64,000 bases of DNA from Paecilomyces variotii (lineage: Eukaryota), in assembly GCA_004022145.1 (NCBI GenBank), contig RCNU01000002.1; one strand, 5' to 3'. A program made the position numbers and the translations under genes. Shown in pieces: positions 23,912-35,052 of this stretch. How positions within the stretch are numbered: the first letter of the stretch is position 1; each line of letters starts with the position of its first letter. The notes under the pieces were generated by a model. The model was given only the letters and a program-made list of their open reading frames with translations, was not told where the DNA came from and made no database searches.

Positions 23912-25494
23912 ATGGCAGGCAGCGAGACAGGTTCTAAGAAGGAAATCAAGGGCAAGCGCGAAGAGAAGGAAAAGCCAAAATCGAAGCCTATATCCGAGAA
24001 AAGGCGACTTCAGAACAGACAATCTCAAAAGACATTCCGTAAGTCTCAGGACCCAAAAGCATAGAGGACGCAACTGACGTTGTTTCCAGGAGAGAAACAT
24101 AGACGCCAGAAGCAACTACTTAAGAGGGTTGAAGGCTCACGGAACCTCAGACCACTTGCGGTCTCGCCAATCTCGCCATCATCCTGGAGTTATTCATCTT
24201 CATCAATGCAGTCGAGCGAGGTGGCTGATACAGCCATCACGCCGTTGTCAACTACCTATGGCGAAAACAGCGGGATGTTTATTTCCCCGGGAAACCTATA
24301 CCACAAAGCCAACCACTCTCTCGATGACCTATGCTATCTATCGCCGTATGAAGAGCAACCCATGCATGTTTCTCCGCATTATCTGACTCCTCGACCGAGT
24401 CTGCCCAATATACCCAGTCCAGACTGTTGGAACTTGTCATCGTGGGCCGATCCTGCTAAGCCAGGTGAATTGAGCGAGCATCAGAGTATGATCCCTCGAC
24501 ACGTGTTCAAGATAGTTATTCTATATCTAACTGTCGTTCATCAGATGTGCCAATCTTAGAGGATCACCATAATGGGGAATCTAGAGAGATTCTTTCTCAA
24601 TTACTTATGCAGGTGGACGACAAACTCGACCAGGATGTTGTCGAGCAGATTATACGAAGACAGCTGAATGTTTACGACGTACTTACCGCCGGTTTGAGTC
24701 TCTTGCCACCAGAGACTCCGGTTGGAGAATCAAGAGATCAGAGTAGATCGCCTTGGGGCGACGAGACAGGCAATTGCTCTCTTCAGCAGTCCCACTTGAG
24801 GAGACGAAACGTCCCCTCGTGTCCAACAGAGACACACTTATTCTTTCCCCCGGCACAGCTAGCTGGTATGCAGAATAGACTCAGCCTCATCTGCATGTCC
24901 TTTTGTGAAGCGTCCAAAATAAATGCGACCATGTTGAATATGGCTAGGGCATCTATGGGCCCGGGATGGAACGCAATCGAGCCATTCTCGGCATCTACAC
25001 CAGGAAATCAATCAACCGGTGGAATACTGTCACCATTCTTCGAACCAGGGATAAGCGAAGAAGCCGCGGTGAAGATGTGCAGCGTGAGCTTTGCAAACAT
25101 GAAACCGTTTCTACGCCCTGTACCCGCGCAGCTTATGAAAAGTCATTATTCCTATATCGACACGATTCCATTCCCGAGCTTCCGAGAACGAGCTATCAGT
25201 ATGATCTGTACGAATCCTCCGATGATCGACGAGAAGGAGCTTTTCCATGATCTCCTGCATGATGGACTCGTATGCTGGGCGCTAGATCCCACAAAACCAA
25301 GCTCTTTTGAAACAGGCAGTGCCCCATGGGATCTTCGCAGCTGGGAGGCTCGACCGTGGTTTTTGAACAAATGGTGGATACTAGTTGGTGGGACCCAAAG
25401 CGAAATCTATAGACAAACTGTGTGGTGGCGTGAAATGCGTGGTGAAACAACCGTGGATCTGTTGCCCGGTGTTGACACGGACTTATTGCATTAA
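23912..25494 (+). CDS. bZIP-type basic region + DUF3425-like protein, putative transcription factor
   Basis: Exons 23912-24038, 24090-24485 and 24545-25494. KRRLQNRQSQKTFREK; C-terminal LRPVPAQL..HYSYIDTIPFPSFRERAI..PWDLRSWEARPWFLNKW..WWREMRG. Confidence 0.8.
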
Positions 25495-26183
25495 CGCATC
25501 GGAGTTCTGGTTATACATGTACTATATGGGAGGAATACTTGTGTCTGTATTTATACTTTTCATTTCATCTTGGTTCATCTTTGGCGTGTCCCGTTTGAAG
25601 AGATAGGTAGTCCCAGAAGCAGTGAAGCAAACTTGTAATACTCCATATCATGTAAGAACTTGATGGCGATGGCGCTTCCTATAGACTTGGATAGTAATCA
25701 GAAAGGAAGAAATAAGGTATCTGTCATTGTTGGGTGCTAGACAGGGGGTCGGATCACACATACCACAGCAAAGGTACTTGTGGCACGGGAAAGCAATCCA
25801 TATTTAGAAGGCAGCAAAAAAAGCTAGAATCATCCGCAGAGTCAGGATAAGCAGTGAAACACTAGGATCATATTTAACTCTCTCACAAAGACTAGATTTC
25901 TTTATTCCTATCCCCATGTTTGCCGTATCTTTCGTCCGGCCCTTTGATTGGTCGTTCGTTTTCTTTGTTCGAAATAATCGAGATACTTTGCGTCGGACAG
26001 GCGAAAACAAAACGAAAATGAAGGCAAAAGGGGGATTTTCATTGCTTTCAATCCTTTAGTATTAAATGCCGCTGCACTCCACAGTACTAGATCCCATCAT
26101 CCATAATTCGAATCGCGCACTTGCCATACTCGATATCGCAGCCGTCACAGATCCTAGGCCACAACTATATATATCCATCCACC

Positions 26184-26491
26184 ATGAAAATCTTCAGCTT
26201 CGTCCTCTCATTCATGTTCCTCGGAGCTGCTACCGCAGCGGTCGCTTCAAACTCGAGCAGTCAGAACGGCGACGAAGTTCTACGCAGTAATTGCGGCCAG
26301 CTCTGCACGAGCAATCAGGACTGTCGCGATGGAAAATGCCCCGTATGCTCTAGTAAAGATAACGTCTGCAGTGAGTATCCGGTCTATGTTTTTAATTTAT
26401 TTCTTCCGGTCGAGAAGAATTGGGTTTCTTTAGTTTTTCTATCTTCACTTTTTGATTGAAAAGAATGCTAATCTGTGAAGGCACCAAATGA
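26184..26491 (+). CDS. Small secreted cysteine-rich peptide (6 Cys, knottin-like), about 65-aa precursor
   Basis: Signal peptide MKIFSFVLSFMFLGAATA, a pro-region ending LR, then CGQLCTSNQDCRDGKCPVCSSKDNVC. GTGAGT donor at 26371, GCTAAT branch, AAG acceptor at 26480 giving ...CSTK*. An alternative CAG acceptor lies at 26496. Confidence 0.75.
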
Positions 26492-29400
26492 TTCAGGGCC
26501 GTATGATGCATGGTTTTCCAGAGACTGTGGGAATTATCGAGATGAGATTGATGACTCGGGGAAGCTCAAAATTATAGCGAAGTGGCTTCTTCTGTCAGAT
26601 TGCAGCGGAGAATGACAAAAGGAGGAAAAGCGGAGTGCGAAAGGTGCTACTATTACTTGGTTCACATCTTCGGAATGTTATTCGTCTTTATGTGGAAGAA
26701 TCTGTCAGAGACTATCTACCCTCCAAATCAAGCTGAGGATATTTGCAGAATGGAAGGATATGACTCTCTTTAATCTGAAAGCAAATAAGTCACTGAACTC
26801 TCCACTTTCACATCGATGAAGCAGTGCCCGGCAGATGTAGGTATTTGACGCAGTGGAGACGACAAGAAGTACTGTTCTTTGTTCAAATTTCGAAGATGGC
26901 GCAGTTGCAGATATGAATTTGTAGCATCGATCAATGGATATTACGTAGTTTGTTGATCGAGAGGTAGATGCTCTCTGGTTGTGTATCAATTGGGCAAACA
27001 TGCATGCTAGTACCGCATGAAGTTAGACTACAAGGGAATCAGTGGCAGAAAGCAAGATTGAAAAGGAAAAAGGTCAGATCCTTTAGCACTCTACAGTGTA
27101 AGTAGAATCTGAAGTGAGTGGCATTTGTTTAGAGAGATATACAGCTTCTTAATACTCTTTGTCGGGTGTTCTACGCCAGGTTTAAAGAAATGAAACCTAC
27201 ATCCACGCTCATCTGGAACCGTTGTCCCTTTTCATAATGCGGTGTACTTGAAGCAATATATAACCGGGCAGTAGGAGAGTTATCTATACTCCCTCGAGGG
27301 CACCGCTGGAATTACACCCATTAGCATGTCAAGATATCACAAGAGATAGAAGTGAGCGAGAACTGTGTGAGGGTACACCCAAGTGGTGGCAACCTAATGT
27401 CACTCAGCGGCAAAAAGCAAAAAGACCATTGCGGCACACTGCAGCCTATAATCAAGAGGACATGTAAGTCTGAAACTAAAGGACTTGCTAGAGCTTGGAA
27501 GAAAATAGCGCATCCACTGCATTATGCAGATTTCTACGTCAGACAGTCAATCACATGGGACCAACAGCCCCAGGTAGTGAATATCCGCCTTATCTCAAGG
27601 CATAAGGGTGGCAATGGTTAGAAGCATGACCGATTTGCGGTTGATCGGTTTAACAGAGGTGGTCAGAGTCGATAATGAAGAATGCTGCCTAGTATCAAAC
27701 AGACCCCAGCTGATCACAATGATGACAATGAGATAGCAGACGTTGCCTTGTCGTCCATGAAGGAAAGTCAAGTGGCAAGAGGTACGAAAGTTGCTCCTAG
27801 AAAAGAGACAGATCGTCAGAAAGGAACAGAGAGGATCGATAGTAGTCCCTGCGGATAGCGGGAAAAACAGACTGGTACACGAGGCTGACTAGGAGGCTGA
27901 AGAGGGATTGTCATGCGGCGCTTCCTTGTGGCGGCCCCGACCAACGGCCATGGGAAGTGTACTGAAAATGGGAGCGATCCGAAATCTGGTCGAGGTGACC
28001 TGAGGCTGAGGCATGAGCAAGCCACATACCTGGTTAGGCCAAGCAATATGATCCTGCAATAAGCGTGGACATGTGGCGGCTGATGGATCAGGGTCTTGTG
28101 ACAATATTCGTGGAAATGCGCATTCCCTCAATGAGCAATTGACCACGAATATTGCGAGCGAAATTGTACAATGGGCGGCTTTCTATGAAAGCACAGCAGG
28201 AGATATTCTTGGAGATATTCCTGTACCTCTGAAAGATAAGAAAGTCAGTAACTGCCAGTGAAGGGACACGTTTTCGCAGACCACAACTATATCGGCGGTA
28301 TCTCAGGAGCCGCTTAGGACCAGTGTCTAGAGAAGCAATCCCATTTAGAATAGCTCATTGATGCGGCTTTGGCTGAAGTCAATCTTCCCGTGCATGCAGG
28401 AAGATGTTTTGCACCATACTGCTCGGATGGAAATGGTTTGCCGCGGTCGTGTTGAGACTCTGAGTGTAAGCGCTAGGGTATTAGAAATCGCAACGGGCCT
28501 TTCCCGAATTCCTATGATTGTTAGAAGATGATGTCGCAGGAGACCATAGCGTCGCTATGTTTAGTTCTCGAAGATCATGGAGAACCGCTGGGGCGTAGAC
28601 ATGAAACGTTCCACTGCCACGATTGGTAGGCCAAAGGGGGCCGTCTTGCAAATTGCGAGCTTCAGCGGTAAACCGAGTGCGCGTCAAAGAGATATGGACA
28701 GCGCGAACACTTATTTTTCGGAGACTTCTTTTGACATGCAGTCTCTTGTAAGCACTTTATGATGGGTGTGCATTTCGTGCAAAGCAGAGCCTGTCCGCAA
28801 ACATCCTAGAGTATGCAGATTTCATGTATGTAGTGGCCTCTTTTCTGCATGCTAAGCAATGACTTCATGCCAGGGACGGGATCTGGGATGATTGACTCTT
28901 CTCCGCGCGCCTGTGATATCGGCCAGTTCGAGCTAAAGTCCCTGGGCTGAGGCTGAGTTCGTATTGTTGAAGTGGATTGGCGCCTGGAAAGGCCCCATCT
29001 TCCTTAGGCAACACCACACGGGATCATGGAAGGCGGGTGGAAATCGATCGCCTGAAACGGGGAGATTAGATTCTGTAGGGAGTAGATATCGGCGATATTC
29101 TTAGAAAATCGATATTTTTGTAATAGTGGTTGCGGGAGAGATCGCGGGCCAGAGAAGAGATCTAATGACAGGGATTGAATCGTTTGAAGTGCTGTCTCAT
29201 CAGTCGCCGGCGGCCCGAGGCCAGCGGCAGGGGAACGAATGCGAAGTAGCGATGTTGAAGCATCTTGCAGAGCATGCAACAGGGGCGTCATCGACTCAAA
29301 CTGCATTCACGGATCGAAAGGTCTTCACGGTCGACAGCAGCACTGGTTCTCGATCACTGCGGGGAAAGCAAGCTCTGGAGCGGATAATTCCACCGACATC

Positions 29401-30495
29401 GTGTGCGTGCGGCTAGCGAAGGGATCCTGGTGTCTGCTGGATGAGTCGATCTCCTGGACGGTCTGCTTGTCTCTGAGCGAGTCATCACCAGCTGGCTGGC
29501 TTCATGAGGGTCTCCGCTATGTAGTCACTCTCTGGCGTCATGGCCAGACAGTCGAATGATGGCATGGCTGTGAAGATACGGTCGAGTCCGCAATAGAACG
29601 GTCGGCGTATGCACCGCCAGAAGCACGGTTGGAATAGCGCAGGATGCTCATGCTTGACCGTTCTTTGAGCGTGTAGACAAATCAGAGGACGTGCAAAGGG
29701 CCGTTGTTGGTGCAGAGCTGGAGCAAAGAGTGTCGGAGAAAAGCACGCTTGACCGCTCCAGCCTCAAGCTAAGCAGTTCATGGAGGCCGCCAGAACGAAC
29801 AGCCACCACGATCAATGCCATCTGTCTGTTGCTGGTCCACTCAGCGAGCTTTGTCGCTTACTTGGAGCCACCAAGACGGCCCACGAGTCAATAAGGGACC
29901 CTGATCCTGTTCGTCTGCTCTAGTGCGGATGGAGACGCCAGTCGCTGCTGGTCTGCAGAGGATTCCTCGTTGCCTGGTATCTTCCCACTGGCCGGTTGTG
30001 CTTCTATATATGAATGCCGCGTCTCGTATGGCCAATGTCTGGGGTTTAAGAAGAGCGACCCTCCCTGCCTGCACCAGGAACTTCTATACAATACATCCCA
30101 GTCTTTCTTTCACTGGATTTTCTTATATAAAACCCGTGGTCTCCATCATTGTTTCGCTGCTCATCCTCGTGACTTGGTCCTGAGTCAAGTACATACATCA
30201 ATCAGTCACCAGTACCAGTTTCCGACCATAAATACTTGGACGCTGCCCCCGGCTACTATTCTTTCCTGAGGACACACAGGCTTCTTGCTGCGCTCTTCAA
30301 CACCTTTTGACAGACCATCTGCTGTCTACACTCGCACAGAAGCAAACCCCTTCAGACAAAGTGTCTCCCATTCAGTACACCCACATACGCTACTACTATC
30401 CAGCTTCTCGCCAACCAGGCCAGAAGAAGACAGCCCACGAGGGTGCTCAACAACCGGGCACTGCGCCGTCTAGAGTTCACTACTATTCGCCCACA

Positions 30496-31086
30496 ATGCC
30501 AGCCATCGAGGTCTACGAGTATCCCGTCCATCTGGAGTCGGAGCTCCGGGACGACGAGCTGTATGTCGTTTCCAGATACGAACACCATGCAGAGCACTGC
30601 GCACGCTGTGCCAACCCCCTTCGAGCCCTGAAGGAAGACAGTGGATTGTGTCAACGAGGCTACGGCCACGCGGAGCTCGTCGCAACCTATCTCTTCTCCA
30701 GACATGACAAGGTCTATTCCGTCGCTCGTGAGAGCGGCGAGCCTACCCGCGTGCACATCCCACGTGAATACAAGAGCGCCAATGCTTTGCTCCTCGCCCT
30801 TGAGCTTGGCCTAGAGCTTCGAGAGGAGAAACCCCTTCCAGTGATCACTTACGATGTTGGCAAGCCAGCTACTCCCCGTCGATCTGCTGAGGTTGAGGAT
30901 CCATATCCCTGTACCGAGATTATTGAGCGATCCCCTCAGACTTTGAAAGGCTCGCGGACGATCTGCTACCGGTCCCCACGAGGCTCCCCACACCGTGGCT
31001 CTCTCTACGAGACTGATGCGGTGGACCGTCTTGAGCGTCACTCTCAAGTATACAAGACCCGCCGTTCCACCAGATACTTCCGTTGA
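30496..31086 (+). CDS. Conserved-looking fungal hypothetical protein, 196 aa
   Basis: ATG in ACAATG context, TATATAAA at about 30124, C/G-ending codon bias. Motif RDDELYVVSRYEHHAEHCARC..LCQRG resembles a Pezizomycotina family as I recall it. Confidence 0.7.
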   Translation: MPAIEVYEYPVHLESELRDDELYVVSRYEHHAEHCARCANPLRALKEDSGLCQRGYGHAELVATYLFSRHDKVYSVARESGEPTRVHIPREYKSANALLLALELGLELREEKPLPVITYDVGKPATPRRSAEVEDPYPCTEIIERSPQTLKGSRTICYRSPRGSPHRGSLYETDAVDRLERHSQVYKTRRSTRYFR

Positions 31087-31461
31087 TGAGGGACGCATCC
31101 ACATCTCTGGACTACTGCTACTCCGTATAAGGATTACGACTCTTGGATTTCCTATCCACAAAGATTCCCTGAATCGACCCCTCAGAGCAGGCCTCTCTGT
31201 ACCCGTCGATACTTGATGTAGCTTTCGATGCTACACTACACTCCACCCGGAGGGAACACGCATTGCCTCGGTTTCAGCTTCATACTGTCGACATTGCTGC
31301 GCATTCCTGTTTCTGGAGACCAAAACAAATCTGGCACACCATGCCTTTCCCAATACCACATTACCGCTAAATCGAGGGATTTATGCATGTGGGAGAAAGC
31401 TAGCCATGATTTCATTTCGCCGGCAACTTGCCTTTGAGCCTTTCACAGACAATACGGCGTC

Positions 31462-31516
31462 GGTGGTAATGATGCGCGAGAGCGCATCACAAATGCGAGA
31501 GCGCATCATTACCACC
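31462..31516. repeat. Perfect 16-bp inverted repeat with a 23-nt spacer
   Basis: GGTGGTAATGATGCGC (31462-31477) pairs with GCGCATCATTACCACC (31501-31516). Confidence 0.9.
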
Positions 31517-33035
31517 ATGGATTGGACCCACGGGTTCGAAAAATGACTACAAAAAAAGATTTTTTTCTTTGATTGATACGAAAATTATCATATCACAGAG
31601 ATTTCCCTCTCCACCAAAAGAGAGAACAAAAAAACAAAATGAGCCAAATGACTCACCACACACACTCCCTTGTCATGTTCATTTTCCTTCTATCTCCTAC
31701 TATGTATGTACTACACTTCGCGGAGGGCCGATCAGTGGATGCATACTACATAAAGTACGCTACTACCACCAAGACAAGACGGGACCCTTCCCGCATGGGC
31801 CAGTTCTTTCTGATAGGAATATTATTGGTTTCTATATACCCTCCTTCATGCAGAGTAAACAATACTAGCAAGTTTAGATTCCTACCGAATCAACTCAAAT
31901 CCAGTCCCAATCAAAATACCTTCCATCCCGCGATTTAGCTGCATACACTTAAGACATGATTAGCCGTCCCAATCTGTCCCCATGACTCAGCAAAACACTG
32001 GGAAACGATAAAAAACTTGGTAATTCCTATAGTCGACGATGTCTTCTCCAACACCACCATCTCAGATATATGTCTCGTGGTTCGTATATCGGAAGAGAAT
32101 CGAGTGTAGATCTATTATGAATATATCGCATGACAATATGCATGCATGCATGGATATAATGAGCGACAGACAGACAGACAGGCACACAGGTACTGGATGC
32201 ATTAAATCATGTAGAGTTAAAACACTACGCTCCAACAACCCAACCTCATTCCTGTTGCACTACTGTAGAATCCTCGGGAGGATGGCTCGTGCACCAGGCT
32301 ATCTATTATCTACCCATGATATCCATCTAACTCTCATTATCCGCCTGCATTAGAGTAGTATGTATGCGGCCCGCGGGGGAGGGAGGCACTAGGCAGACAG
32401 GATACGATAGAGTCAGACTAAAACCCTTGCTTTTTACCAGTCATCATGAAGGAGGGGAGATTATCCCGCACGTGGGTACAAATATCTTTTCTCTCTTGTT
32501 CCCTGCTGCAGTGTATGCACAATCCGCACATATACGACCTGTCATCTTTGCGTTGTGGATCTGTGGCTGTGCGTGGGAATGGGGTAGTAGATAGCCTGTC
32601 CGTGAGTTTAAGGATTTGAATGTATCTGCCTGGGGAAAAGAGGCTAAGATTTATTTGTTATATTCGACTGCCCCCGGTTTAGTGTAAGTAAGTAAGTAGT
32701 AGTAGTTATCGGGGGAGAAAAGAACTTTCCCTAATTCGGAACTGCCTGAAGTGAAGGTTGGAACCTTGGAAGTTACCTACCTTTCTCGCTCTGTTCGCTT
32801 CAACATTCACTACCCTTTATTCTGCAGCCTGGAGCAGCTCATTCACGAAAAAGATATTCGAGGATAAATCCATCCCTGATAGTGGGGGACAACCCATTAA
32901 AAAAAACCACCATCACCTAGATCTATACAAGATAAATCAATTCCGAGCAACCACAAGAAATTATTAATACATCATTATTTGTTCCTTTTTATCAAATTCT
33001 TTTACGAGATTAAAAATACTAGCAGAGTCCAAGAA

Positions 33036-33947
33036 ATGCAGCAACAGACCAGAAATTCAAATCGTTCACCATCACCTATCCGCAGGAATATATCACGCAG
33101 TTCAGAATCAAATGCCGATTACGACCCAACTTATGGGATTCGATCCGGCCATAATTTCGAAACACGACAAAAATTCACTCGGTTTCTAGAGGAGTCCTAC
33201 AAGAGGTTTCAAAGCTCCGGCGGGCCACAGTATGTTATGGCTAGGGGCATTAACAAAAAAGCCCTCGACTGGCTGGACAGTCGCCGCCGCACACTCCCAC
33301 CCATGCGGGTATCTCACGATGAAATTGAGGAGAAACTCATTATAAAACTCGTCTCACGTCAGCATGAGGCTCTACACCGTATATTTATGCATTTCGTGTG
33401 TAAGGAACTTGAGAATATGGGAGTTAAGATGCTTGACGACTTTTGGCTCGAAGGTGCTGGTCGTGAGGAAGGCAGACAGTCGCGAAAAAAGGAGCCGGAT
33501 GATTCATTCAAACCTCTTCATACTCGTCCCAAATTCGAAGACTCACCGACGTTTGTCATTGAGGCTGGTTTAAATGGAACTCTTAATAAACTTCGCAACG
33601 ACGCCTTTTACTGGTTAACACAACCCAGCCAGCGTGTTAGGATTGTTGTGCTTATACATGGCTTCACAGAACGCAAGGTCATCACTATAGAGGTATGGCA
33701 ATTTCTTGATAATCCACGGCCGCGTCGAGCAAGATCTGCAGCTAGATCTAGAAGACCTACGAAAACGCAAACTTTAACAATCAGGAAGCGGGATAATAGC
33801 CCGCCCATTGTAACTGGTGCACCGCTTCTGCTTCCAGTCGATGCTCTCTTCGAAATTGTCCCGCCTTCGGTCACTGAAAATGCCGTTTCACTTTCTGCAC
33901 AGATCCTCGAAATGTATGCAGGTCCAATATTCAATTCCATGCAATAA
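33036..33947 (+). CDS. Hypothetical protein with a PD-(D/E)XK / Uma2-like restriction-endonuclease-fold signature
   Basis: Intronless 303-aa ORF: LIIKL.S.QHE, KKEPDDSFKP, PTFVIEAG, LRNDAFYWL, VRIVVLI and ITIEVWQ. Confidence 0.65.
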   Translation: MQQQTRNSNRSPSPIRRNISRSSESNADYDPTYGIRSGHNFETRQKFTRFLEESYKRFQSSGGPQYVMARGINKKALDWLDSRRRTLPPMRVSHDEIEEKLIIKLVSRQHEALHRIFMHFVCKELENMGVKMLDDFWLEGAGREEGRQSRKKEPDDSFKPLHTRPKFEDSPTFVIEAGLNGTLNKLRNDAFYWLTQPSQRVRIVVLIHGFTERKVITIEVWQFLDNPRPRRARSAARSRRPTKTQTLTIRKRDNSPPIVTGAPLLLPVDALFEIVPPSVTENAVSLSAQILEMYAGPIFNSMQ

Positions 33948-35052
33948 CTATGTACGGATATATCCAATGCTTTTCAAAGTCGTCTATGATAAATTCCAGA
34001 TTTTGAGGCGATAAGGGGCATACTTTTTCGTCTCTAAGTAAGCGATTTTCTCTTCGTACATAACTTGGAGCGTTGGAGCAATTCTCCGCAACTAAGAATG
34101 ACCGACCTGGAAACTAAGATTCTGCTGATATGATCACAACTTCCTCTACCATGAAAGGCATCACTATCCCCGAAGTCTGGCAATACGGCGACGGACCTGG
34201 CAAGGAACCAAACCCTACGCCGGGACATCCGGACACGGATACATTCGATACACGGAAGCTAGTAAACGTACTCTGGGACCCAGTTATTTATGGTTACCCA
34301 CCAGAGTACGTGAAACTATGCGACGCATGGGTATACGTGGTCGTTAAAACGATGTCGCTAGCCATTCGAGCATATTATACTATCCACGCTAAAGATAAAT
34401 GGCCAGCTCAGCAAGACCGCAGAGATACCTTGCAATTAATCTGATACTTTCCTTACATAGTCTCTAGGAGCTTATACTATGTAACTAGCCAGCTGTATAC
34501 AGATAGATATAGAATGATTCCCATCACGCTTAACTACTACACATGCTGATATATATCTATACTGCACATAGATGGTACCAGCACATCATAGGATTACAAG
34601 ACTATTTCCAATAGCAGAGATACATCACAAAGAAATGGAAATCCGTGAAGTAGCTCCCAGAATAACCCAACGTAGGCGGTCAGAGATAATGATGGCAATA
34701 ACAAGAATTGACTCTGTTGTGATAAACAACACCTCGCTTAGCGGTGAACTCCGTGCTTCTGAACAGTGAAATTCACGCACAGTGTTGTCCTTCTCGTTCG
34801 ATCCTACAGAGATGAGACCTTAGCCAGCTGAGGTCCGTTCATCGTTCCTAGGTCGTCAGACTGTGTATAGAGCAGTTCTCACGCGTTCGAAGTTGGTCGA
34901 TATCGAAACATCTCTCCAGCCCGTTGCCAGGTAGGGAAAAATATCTCCTTTTTGGCGTTGTTCCCCATAAACCACAATAATCAGTTTGTTTTGTGTCTGA
35001 CATATTCGGTTATTCCCGTATATTAGGCAATTTTAAGGCAAAATTTGCTGCC

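Noticed and set aside
32140-32710. CATG, GACA, AAGT and TAG short tandem repeats as a CRISPR-like or telomeric array
   Set aside because: Simple microsatellites with no spacers and no TTAGGG array.
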